A DNA stretch of 64,000 bases, taken from NCBI GenBank assembly GCA_964016885.1, contig OZ024745.1, positions 122,388,001 through 122,452,000 on the forward strand, read 5' to 3'. Positions 38,613 through 51,494 of this stretch are shown here, piece after piece. This DNA comes from Eledone cirrhosa (taxonomy: Eukaryota). Every line of letters begins with the position of its first letter. Position 1 is the stretch's first letter. The notes under the pieces are model-generated. The model was not told the DNA's origin, ran no database searches, and saw only the letters and a program-made list of their open reading frames with translations. A program made the position numbers and the translations under genes.

Positions 38613-41600
38613 AAATATGTGAAATCCTTGGTAAAGTTAGGTATATTTGAAAAAGGGAAAAGAATAACTTCACTTGTAGTTTAGTATTCTAAACAATTTA
38701 ATTTTATAATTTTACAATGTTGCTATGTAGATCTAATACGTGCTTTGTTAACTTTGGTGGAAAGTTTTTCTTAAAAATCCTGGTTAACTAACTTTCTGGA
38801 GAACTTTCTCACATTCCTTGGTGGCAACTGTCAAATTGATCTAAGATTGCAATGTGTTGCTGTATATATAAGAGATCTGTATGTGTGCATGTGTTTTGTG
38901 TTTTTATATAGTACATTATCTGAAAAGTTATGTCTTGTCTGTCTAATCTTGAAACATGTTTAGTTCTGATTTGTAAACATTGTATTTCACACAAGATTAA
39001 ATTCTTTCCGTACTTTTGGATATTCAAATTGCTAAACACACATAGTACATGAGTGCATATGTTTATTGAAATTATGAAAATGACATATATTACTGTAATA
39101 ATATATCAAATTTATCCACAGGAATTCTAATAACTACAGCAGTTTATTTGAAGTTGAATGGTTTTCATATATTTCGATACAGCATAAAATAACAAAATAT
39201 GCAAATTAGTTTTAGTGACATCTGTTAAGCATATTTTTTCTGTGTGTGTGTGTGCGTTTTTAGATAAATTTGGATATTTCAGGTTCTATATTAATTGAAA
39301 TTCTATTGTCATCTCCACCTTCTGCAGTGAATGCAAAAATCTGAAAAAATAACAACCCAGATGTTAAATTCTCATTTTCATATTTCCCATTCATTTAACC
39401 TTTTTGATACCAGTACGTTTGGAACTACTCTTGGTTTAATGATATACGGTTATTTGATTAAAATGAGTATACTGTTCAGTCATTCCAAATTCTTATTTTC
39501 AAAATTATTAGAAAATCAAAGGCAGTGTCTTTCATTAGGAATATGGTAACAGAAAAACGGGATATTATTTTTACAGTATTTACCTCATGGGTATCTTATA
39601 TTCTTTCATGTTGTTTACTCTAGAAGCTCAATAGATATTCTCTGAAGGGTTTTATGTATTTATTTCACCTGTTGTGTGAAGTTTCATTGTGACCAATGCA
39701 TTTAAATAATACTAACATGTATAATGTGTGAAGCCACATGGCCTAATGGTTAGGATGCTGGACTTAAGATCATAATAGCGTTGGTTTGATTCCTGGACAT
39801 TGTGTTCTTGAGCAAAACATTTTATTTCATGTTGTTCCAGTACACTCAGCTGAAAGTGAGAACCAGCAGTAGCCTGGTGAGTTAATCCTGCGATAGACTG
39901 GCATCCTGTCTTGTACTCTCAGTTACCAAGGAAACTAGGGATAAGCTCTGGCCTGATGAGCCTTTGGCTTAGAACATATATAATGAAATTATTAAGGATT
40001 AAAAGATTTTAAGGAAAGTTTAGCTGTGACTTCATTGTTTACGCAGCAAGACTTCTCATGAAAAATGGTGGTTATATCTATATTAAATTTACCTTAAAAT
40101 CCTCAAATATACACAGTTTTAGATTGAATATTTATTAAGGCTGGATTAATCAATGTGTTATATGCACACAATATACCATAAACTGCTTTCAAGACAGTTA
40201 CACATAAGAGTATACAAATCAGATTAGTGCCTTGTGGTCAGTGTATAAATTTGAAACTGATTGTCAATTTGTTTTTGTTTTTTTTCTGCTTTCGTTCATT
40301 TATTTTTCTATTATTTTTTGTACTTTGTTCCTTTTTACTATAGCCAGGGTAGTTGTGCTTTTGATAAAAGTTGTAAATATGTGTTAAACTGAGGTCCAGT
40401 GCTCTTATATGAACAATCATTATGTAAAGAAGAGAGGGTGGTGGATTAACAGAATTGTTAGTGGTGGACAAATGCTCTATGGTAATTGTTCTGGTTATTT
40501 ACACTCGAGTTCAAATCCCACCGAGGTGAACTTTGCCTTTCATCCTTGATGACAAAAAGCACCCAGCCCACACTGCAAAGCAGTTGTGTAGGTGTTGTGA
40601 TACAAAGCACCCAGTACGCACTGTAAATGTGGTTGGTATTTGGAAGGACATCCAGCCATAGAAACCAAGCCAAAGTCAGTTCTGTGTGCAAAACAGTCCT
40701 TTGACCTGGTTGTTTCACACTGGTACAGCGTGCCCTACCCATGCTAACTTGGAAAATGGACATTAATTGATGATTATATATATATAGTTAAAAAAAACAA
40801 GACGGGTACCGAGATGCAAAACCGCAGTCATTTTAAGTTCACGCTCGAGAATAAAAATAATGAAAAAAATTGAATGAATATATACACACATATACACATA
40901 CATACACACACATTGTGTATGTATGTGTTATTATTATTTTGCAAAGCTAAATTCTAAGGTATGTTTGAATTGTGTAAAATACATACACCAGTAATAACAA
41001 AAGTTTTGTGCACTAGAATTTTTTGATACACTGACGCATATGTGTGTATGCATACATTATATGTATGAGTATATAAATATAAACGCGCAAACACAGACAC
41101 ACTTACAAAAATACACACTCACAGACATACATTCACAAACACATACATACACATATACTCACACACACCGTAGATTTTTTACCATTCCCTTCCTTCCTTT
41201 TACACACACATACATTCATGCAGGCAGCAGCTGTAAAGACAGAGGAGTAGTATGAGGTAGTCAAACTACTCCTCTCTCTTAACGTATTGTGACAGAAGCG
41301 CAGAAATTTATATAGAGATAGCATACCTCTTACATACACAATGGACAGTTGGGTAAAAAACAGAAAAAAAGAAATCTAACATATTTTAGATCTGATTGAT
41401 TTTGAAGTTATGTAAATACTTATCCTTTGCAAATGTTGACACTATTTATACATTAGTCGAGTGAACGTTAACCATTCAGCAGCCATTTGCATGTAGTTTA
41501 CTCTGAATATAATCAAATTGAAAATCCTGCTCTCACCTGCCCCCAACTCCATGTTGTATGTAAATACCATTCATCAATGAATTCCCTAGTTTTAGCATTT

Positions 41601-44448
41601 TACAATCTCCATATAATTTTAGCACGATTCATGTTTTTAGGGAATAGTTTGAAATATTTATTAATTTTTTTCCTTGACTCTTTACCATTTTTTGCTTTTA
41701 AACCTTTGAACTATGTTATTTATTTATTGATGGAATTGTTTTTATATGTTTTCAGTATGTTATGGACTCGCGTTGTTGCTGTTTTTGTATTTACTTATTT
41801 ATTTAATATTGATTTTGTTTTTTTGTATTTTTTTTTTTTTTTTTTGTATTTTGGTCTATTTTCTTCATCTCATATAAGTTGAGTTGCAGACACAGAATTT
41901 TGTTTGTTGTTCTCTCTATTCATCTCCAGAAGATATTCCTCAGATAAGGCAATCAAACAGACACAATGGGGAGGTGGGGGCAAGCTCTTAAATCCTGTTG
42001 AGAACATAACCTTTCTAGGACTGCTGGCTTTATAAAATGCTCCAACTACACCCTGTAAAGTAATTGATATTAGGAAGAGCATCCAGCCATAGAATCATAC
42101 CAAGTGTGGTATGAATCTGTAACCTGTCTACTCTTGGACTGTCTATGTCTTATCCAATCTATGGCAAAAAGTAGACATCAGATGATGGTGATGATGAGGT
42201 CAAGATCTAAAACATTGACAACATATCCAAGTCTGAAAACAAATGTCATGGTATATTGTTTGTGATGATATTTCAGTTAATGTTATAATTAGTCACACCT
42301 AATTACCTTATCTATATGTAAAACTAATTTAAACGATGCATTCATATTTTAATTGAACATCTTTCATTTATAACAGCAGAAAGAGAATCATATATTCTTG
42401 CTTTGATAGTCTTCCATGTTTTAATCTTTAGCACTAGTAATTTTTATGAGTTTTTTTCCCTTGTCTCTACATTATGTATTAAGGGGAGCTTACTCCATGG
42501 TGCATTATGTCACCAACAGCATGTTAAAGATTAAATATGTTAATCAAATGTTATAAGGGAGTTAACATTTTTGGATTGTAACAAATCTAGTGGAATGCAA
42601 GTGACCTTCCAACAAGACTGTTCTGCAAATTGGTTTTTTGTTCAGATGTAGTTATCTCATTTCACTTACATTGCTAATTCTGTTGAGAGAGCCATGCCAT
42701 TCTCAGTATCACATCTACTTTCTAATTGAGTGTTTGTGTGTATGTAGAGAAATCAATATGTTCTTTAACCTTTATGATACCAAACTACCTAAAACTGACT
42801 GCCCTTTGATATAAAGTTGTAAAATGTTTATATTAATCTAAAAAATTTCATCGTAATTTTTATAAAGTCATGCTTCAACCACCAACTTAATGAGAAAGTT
42901 AGTTATTTTACTAAATTTTTCAAATATTTTAATTATTTTCAAATGGATTTGAAAATCATAGGCAGTGTTTTTCATTAGAAATACGATAACGAAGGGGTTA
43001 ATAAAAAGATTCATTTGACATATTTGGCTCACATGTTCACTTTGCTGACCCTCCTTTAAATATATATATTAGATAAAGTTTACAATAACTCTACATTTAA
43101 TATAGCAGGGACATTTCCTTTACGTACCATATTCATTTGAAGAGCAGAAATTTGGATATTTTAAGTAATCTTAGATTTTAATGAAAATATCTTTTTAGAA
43201 AATAAATTTTGAAAGGACCAAGATTTGCCTCTAGATGTAAGGGAATTCTATCATGTTGGATATATTTAGTAAAATACCTCACCTTTAAAAACATTGTTTT
43301 TAATAATCTAACAATATAGTTGATTCATTATCGTTTATTTATTTATTTTTATCTTTCATTATAAGGAATAAAGAAATTGATGTTGACTCTTATGCATGAC
43401 CTTTACGACATTTCTAACAACAGTATAAACTATATATATATATGTTTGTTTTGAAACAGCGAGGGAAGTTTGAAATTTAGTAGAAATAGCTTTTGCTGTA
43501 TTTTTGACTAAAGAAATTTTAGCCTGATAGGGTTTAAAACCCTCTAAAAAATGGAAAAGGATGAGTATTATCGTACATGTGAGTTGAACCCACATCTTTG
43601 GTTATCTAGACCACTGTGCTATCATTACACCAACACATGTAATGGTAACACAGTGGTCTGGATAACCAAAGATGTGGGTTCAACTCCCATGTATGGCAAT
43701 ACTCATCCTTTTCCATTTTTTTAGAGGGTTTTAAACCCCACTATCAGGTTAAAATTTCTTTTGTCAAAAATACAGCAAAAGCTTCTATTTCTACTAAATT
43801 TCAAACTTTGCTTGCTGTTGCAAAACAAACTCATATATATATAATTCAAACAATTTAGAAATGCAACATCAAATATCAAAATATATTTTTTTATATTATT
43901 GTATTTATTTATGCATTTTCCTTTTAATGCTAAAGATTAATAGTATTTTTAGAATTGGCTCTTTTTGTACAGAACTTGATTTGAAATAATATTAGATAAC
44001 AGCAATGCATCTTCCTAATGCAACTCAACTACCTTGTAGTACAGTTTGCAATGCTTTTTCATTCCCATTTCACCTGACTCAATTTCCAAAGCGCAAGATA
44101 TTTTTATGACTGACTTTGATTTAAACTTGACGTTTTTTAATCTTTTTGATACAAAATCGCCCGAAATCGCCCCAGGTTTTATTGTACAAAACTATTTTTT
44201 AAATCTTACATATGTTTATTTAAGAACCTTTGTTATGTTCCAAATACCAACTTGATAATGAAAATATTAGTTATATTACTAAATCCTTCCAAATTCTTTA
44301 TTAGTTTCAAAATTATTTTGAAAAACATAGTTAGTGTCTTTCATTAAGAATATGTTAATGAGAAAGTTAATGTAACTATATATGGTGGTAATCTCACTGG
44401 AGAAAATATTCAGGTAATAAAGTTAATTCAATAATATATCTGCAGTAA

Positions 44449-44484
<36 letters not shown>

Positions 44485-44699
44485 CAAGTATTGCACCAAG
44501 AAAAATATGGACTTCGGCAAGAAAGGAGAGTAGGAATTTATTTGCTATAACATATGTTTCTGTGCCTATTATAATAGTCTACATATGCTGACTACAATAT
44601 ATATTGTTCAATCATATGCAATACTTAATTATTTATCACACATCTTCAGAAAGCATTCATTCTGATATATATAAACAAAACCTTATCTACCCTCACATC

Positions 44700-44735
<36 letters not shown>

Positions 44736-47700
44736 CAACAAACATAACGGAACATTTAGTGCATGCACATGTATATGTATATTTATTCCTATCAAAGGGA
44801 TTCTCTCTGAGTGAAGGGCAGATGTTATGATGTTTGTGTGTGATGTGCGATGGCTCGAAAGATATGAGGTAATGTTAGTGTGTGTGTATGATGCAGCTCG
44901 AATGAAAAAGCTGAAAGAAAAATTGAGGGAGAAAATGAGAAAACTAACCTGGTATGGACATTTGATACATATACTGAATGATCAAAGTGGAAGAATTCAT
45001 GGTAAGAATTGGTGAAAGCTTGGATAACAAGACGAGAAGTAGCAAGACATTTTTCTGAAGAAGACCTGTGTAAAATATGCAAAAAGTTGATATATGATTA
45101 TGATGATATATATAGATGCATATGACGCCTGTGTGCAAAGTGTGATACTGCATGGTAGTGAAACATGTACAGTGGCTGTAGAGGACATGCATAGACTGGA
45201 GAGAAATGAAGCAACTATGCTTCAATGGATGTGCAATATAAATGTGAGAGAAAGGCAGAACTTGGACAAGTTGATAGAGAAGCTGGGTTTAAGAGGAATC
45301 CGAGGTGGTGTGCAAGAGAGAAGACTGTTGGTGCGGACATGTGATGCGCATGTATGATGATCATCAGGAGAAGTGCCGGTAAATCCCAGTGGAAGGAAGT
45401 TGCAGTTGAAGTAGATCAGGAAAGATATACAAGGTAGAGGATGTTCCAAAAGCACAGTAGTCAGTGAGAATGGGTTCAAGAAAGTTCAGGGAGCTACTAC
45501 CACTGCTAACTATAAAAAGCTTTTCCCTCAAAGTGAGAGTGTGACTGTATGTTGCATGGTAGTGAGACCTGGGCGGTGTGTGCAGAAGACTTGCGTAGTT
45601 TGGAAAGAAGTGAAGCTTGTATGCTTCAGTGGATGTGTAATAGCAATATACGTGAACGGCAAAGCATAAATGAACTGAGAGAGAAACTAAGCACAAGAGG
45701 GATCAGATGCAGTGTGCAGGAGAGGAGATTACATTGGTATGGACTTGTAATGCATATGAAGGATGACAGCTAAATATATATATATATAGAGAGAGAGAGA
45801 GAGGGAGAGAGAGAGTTGAATGTATTCAATTTACTTTTAACTTTTTATTCTAAAAATAATCTTTTCACCTATATTAAAATGGTTTAAGTTATTAGTTTCT
45901 TAGTAACTAGACCTTTTAGTTATTGATATTTTTATTACCAGATTAAGTTTCCATAACTTTTCTATTGTGTTTCTTAATATATTCTATTAATGTCAATCTT
46001 ATAATCGTTAAAACTTCAATTAATAAGTATCATTAAACTTATTAGCTCTCTTTCCCACCACACCAACACTATCCCCCAGTATCCACACACCCACCCATCA
46101 ATTCTATATATGTATACATGCATTGGAACTTGTATATTCATCATCATTATCATCTAACATCCGTCTTCCGCGCTAGCATGGGTTACACGGGTTTGTCCCA
46201 TTAGAGGCATGTTGGGTGAGGTGACCATGTCTTACTCATATAGGACTATTTCTAGCTAGGTTTCTACAGCTAGATGCCTTTACTAACGCCAACCACATTT
46301 ACTGTGTGGACTGGGTGCTTTTTGTTGTGGCTCCTACACGACCACCTTACAGTGTTGACTGGGTGCTTTTTGTTGTGACCCCTACATCATCACTTTACAG
46401 CTTTACAGTGTGTGCTGGATATGTTTATGCATGTCTGTGGGTAGCCATGTATTTATTTAAATATGTACACACATTTTTATGTGTATGTATGTACACATAT
46501 CCGTATGTGTATATGGGCAGTCATATGTATGTATACATATGTATATATTAGTTCTTGTCTGGTGACTCTGTAATAAACATGCAAAACTCCAGAGTAAGAA
46601 ACTCACTATTTAGTGTTAATAAAAGATATATATATATAGATATATATGAATGTATGTATAGTATATTTAGTAATATACTGTATGTTTAATTAAAAACATT
46701 TTGAAGACCATTCGCTATGACTTTTAAACATACATGGCAAAAACATACATTATATTATCAAATATACTATACATACATACATTCATATACTATACATCCA
46801 TTCATATATACATCGCTATTTCAGAGCACCAATACTAATATATATATATAATAAATTCCTTATCCCTATGCACAATAATTACCCAGTATTTAAAAACAAA
46901 TCTTCTAAATGAGATCACGAACAACAAATCAAACATGTTAACACACGAATCTTCTCTGTCAAATCACTGTTGGCTGATTTGACACTATTGAATTGCCACA
47001 CTGATGAAATGTTATACATCTCTATGTATAATAAGTACTCTGTTGTATCCCTGCATTGTGTATCAACAGCACACAATACATGCATTTTACAGCCATTTTT
47101 CTCTGCTAAAGGAGAAGTTAGTCCTGTGGGCCCATTACAAGCTTCTCCATCACCTCTAGTCATCTCTTGTCTTGGTTTTCCTCTCTCCTTTTACTTCCTT
47201 CCACATTCATTCCTATAATTCTTCCCACCCAATCACTTTCATCCTTCAACAACACATGACCCAACCATCTCATTCTGTTTCTTGTCGCAACATTCATCAC
47301 TGGCTCTATTCCCATCTTCCTATGCAATTCATTGTCTTTCCCTGTCTTAGTGATAATCTACTCATCCACCAAACCATTCTCATCTCCACTCTTTCCAGCC
47401 TTCTTCAATGTGCCACATTAACATTTCGCATGCTGCTAATTTGTAGGAGTTGTTTCTCTTAAGGGGAGATTACTCGATGGTGCATTATGTCACCAACAGC
47501 ATGTTAAAGGTTAATCATACATGTCTCACTCCCATAAATCATGACATTTATCACACATGCAGCATACACCATTTTCTTCAGCCTCAAAGGCTTGGCACCA
47601 GCAAGAGCATTCTCTTATAAAACATTGCCTCAAAATGAATTTTCTAAATATGAAATGTTTTATCGGGCCCGCAAGGCTAATCTCTGTTTTAGCAAAGGGA

Positions 47701-50700
47701 AACTGGTAGCAAAGGGAAACTGGCTTTAAAATACTTGTTACACATACACATATAATGAGAAAGTGCTATTAAGGTTTTGAAACTTTAAAACTATTTGTTA
47801 TATTCTTAACAATTCTGATATTTATAAAGATCTATATATTCTCTTCAAAAGATTTTGTCTTTAAAGAATTTTTCTGGTGTCATTTGATCAGCCCCAAAGG
47901 GATGAAAGCCAAAGTTTGACCCCAGTGGCATTTGAACTCTAAATGTAAAAATAAAAAATATAATAATAATAATTTCCTTATAATAATAATATATTTTGTT
48001 ATAATTTAGAAAGTCAATATATATTAAACCAAGTGGTGTTATTAAGTTATCCATGGCTTGAGCTGCTGTTTGTGTTGAAACTTATCAATATATATTATAT
48101 CAGGTGGTGTTATTAAGTTAGTCATGGTTTGAGCTGCTATTTGAGTTGAAACATATCTGAAGTTGTATTATACTAAGTGGTGTTAAGTTAGCCATGGTTT
48201 GAATTAGTTGAAACTTATCTGAAGTTATACTATACCAGGTGGTGTTATTAAGTTAGCCATGGTTTGAGCTGCTGTTGGTTGGAACTTATCTGAAGTCGTA
48301 TTAGTTTTAAAACATCTATTTTTAATTGTTACTTATGTTTTTTTAAATCAATAATTGAATTTTTACTCTCCAATGTACTGAGATGGTTGATTTAAAATGA
48401 GTTTTCAAAAATACCAAACATGACACTGCTGTTGCTCACACGGGCATCAAAGTCACTCCCTGACACTTTGCAGCCACTGGCCCACAGATATGCTGTCTCT
48501 TCCCTCTGCCTTTTTTACCGTTATTACAATTGTCACTGTTTCTTGGAACTTACTGAATTTATGCCACCTCCATTTACCTATTTCTCCTCCCCTTATTGCC
48601 CATGTGGTGTCCACCATCACCCCCTGCCTTGCACTAACAATTATTCCTCGTATTTCTTGTCCCTGAAACCCACTCCCTGCTCAAGTCTTTCCTAAAGGAA
48701 TGGACCTACAACAATTTAAACATCAATGGCATCTATCTCTCCAGTCTCAGTCAGTTAGTGAAGGCCATGGGAACTGCCTTTTCTTCACTGCTGGACTTAC
48801 CAATTATCTATAACTTATGGCCACATATCCTCAGGGGCCTCATTTAAAAAAAAAATTATATTTTTTATTTTATCATTAATTTTTATTCTAAGACTAAATC
48901 ATTAAATATTATGTACATATTATTTATTATTAACATTAATATAAAAATAATAATATTTTTTTTAGAGAAGGGCTTCAGATTTTATATAGCTTAGGGCCTC
49001 AGCAGGTGAAAGTCTGGCCCTGCTTTTCTTCTAGACCTACCATCTTTCTGAAAGCTACTTAGTTTAAACATTTGATTAGGGGTTATAGCTCTATTAATTA
49101 TACATATAGCAGGTCAGGTGTTCTCAACTCTTTTTATTATCTCATTGATCTTGTAATTTTTAAAAAATAAATTTACCTTCATCCTGTTTAGTTGTGTAAA
49201 TTGAATTTACATCTCTACAATAATTACAGCAACTGACAAATTGGAAATGTTAACCTTTAGCATGCTAGTAATTTTTATGAGTTGTTTCCCTTGACTCTAC
49301 ATTATGTATTAAGGGAAGATTACTCTGTGGGGCATTGTCTCCAACAGTGTGTTAAAGGTTAAAGTACTATTTTTAACCCTTTTGATACCAAACCACTTTT
49401 GGTTCTACAATACAAGGCTGTTAAAGTGTTTATATTTATTTAAAAGCCTTTCGTCATTATTTTATATAAGAAACTTTGTTCCAAATGCAAACTTAATTAT
49501 GAGAGAGTTTCTTATATTACTAAATTCCTCTAAATTTTGATTATTTTCAAAATGATTTGAAAATGATAGGCAATGACTTTCGTTAGAAATATATTAATGA
49601 ATTGTTTAACATAATCATTGTAGATTCAATAGCACAAAACAACTTACTGTTTATGCTGGCATACAAGTTGATCTGGACCATAGGTCAACCCCTAGAATTC
49701 TGAGGTGTAATTCAGCTTTAGGCCTATATTCACTGGATATGACGACCCCCAAAAATAAGGCAGTACCATCTCCCAAGCCCTAGATGTGCTTGCCGTTCTT
49801 TATTTGTACAAAATATAAAACATGGAAATAAACACTAAATAGTTGTAAAATAAAATTTTATAATAATCTCTATGTTAAATAGACTTAACAAATATGAGAA
49901 TCAGTAGGAAATAATTATGTTGGGCTGCTAGATTTATGGTAAGTGGTGAACGAGTGTTTGGCAGGCAGTTTCACTGTTTACCCCACAGTGGTAAAAGTTT
50001 TATATTCGGCGGACAAGTCGACCTCTGGTTTTGGAGAGATATTTTTAGGCTCCAAATTTTGACTTGTACACCGGCATATACAGTACTTATGAAAAACTAA
50101 TGATTAAAAGATACCGATAATTGGAGAAAATGCTGCCAGTCAATGTGAACAATGAATGAGACACGCGTAGATCGTCATGTCAGAACAGTAGAAAGAAAAG
50201 AAAAGTATTTTAACCCTTTAGTATTTAAACCGGCCATATCCGGCCAGAATTCTCTCACCTCTTTCTGTTCAAACCGACCGTAACTGGCTGTTCATACTAA
50301 TGTTAAGGTATTGTTCTCAAAATAAATAATATAAAAATCTCATAGATTCGATATTATGTGAGATAATTATGTAAGATAAAGCAAAAATACAATAGTATAT
50401 ATAGAGTAATGTAAATGCTAAAGGGTTAACAAAATAGGCTTGCTTCAAATTTTTTTCTCACTTCAAATTGTTTTTAATTATAATTGAAAAAATATGTACA
50501 AATCCCCAAGCAGTAAATTTACTTTGTGTGTAGGAGAAATTAACCCTCTTCCAGTAAATTGACTAGGCCTCATACATATAATATCAAGAGTTGATAAACT
50601 CCAATTAGCTTTGAAATCAATTAGACATAATCTTTAAATAGTTGTTTTTTTTAATCTTATATTCCAGAGAGACTACTCAGAAGAAGGGGAATAATTCATT

Positions 50701-51438
50701 TAATTTAATCTTTCAGCTGATAATTTAAAGCCAAGTTGCTTTAGATTAGGAACTTTTGTTTAATCTTTTTAATTCTGAAAATATATATATTTTCAAATTC
50801 ACTATTAGTTACTGCAACATATCTTGCCTTTGGAAATTGAATTAAGCAAAAAAACAAAAACAAAAAAAACATTACCGAGCCATTTCCTGTCTTGTTGCCT
50901 TGGCAGTTTATTTTCCTATCTTTCTGACCAGTATTTACTGTTGTCCTTCAGTTACCAAGTTAACAAAAGTCCTACAGGAATCCAGTGCGTGCTTAATGTC
51001 TCCAGTAGGGGGCGGCACCGAGCACTTAGGCAGTAGTTATAGCACACATGCTGTGCCCAAACGGGCAGAAACATTTGCTGGTTTTGACAGTGATTTAAGG
51101 AAAGGTAAGGTTTGCTTGCTGTTATATATGTATTAACACCTAAATGAAAAAGTTACATAAGAAATTGCACAATGCTCTTCCCCTCCTAAAGACGAAGCAT
51201 GTTGGCACCTTAAAATCTAATCCCTTGCTTAATGCTTATCTTGACACTGACCACACCACAGAAGTAAACGGTTACTGTTATTTGTGATGGCAGCTGTAGT
51301 ACCGATAGTTTGAACACATTAATTTCTACTGAAACAAACCAAGTAATTACAATATCTACTTTGAGCTTCTGGATCGGGAGTAGAGATATTATGTTAGACT
51401 TATGAAATTACTTTTCATTTATAAATGTTTAACATAAT

Positions 51439-51494
<56 letters not shown>

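Noticed and set aside
39950-39975. CTGATGAG followed by a GCC/GGC hairpin
   Set aside because: No GAAA or NUH follows; it is a SINE tail (inverted relative at about 36895-36930)
41930-41948. Possible micro-exon after a long polypyrimidine tract
   Set aside because: Only a weak GC donor, and the 19-nt length would break the frame
46555-46612. CTGGTGA-CTCTG...CAGAG-taa-GAAAC hammerhead-like pattern
   Set aside because: Core A6 altered, extra bases before GAAA, and no stem I or cleavage triplet
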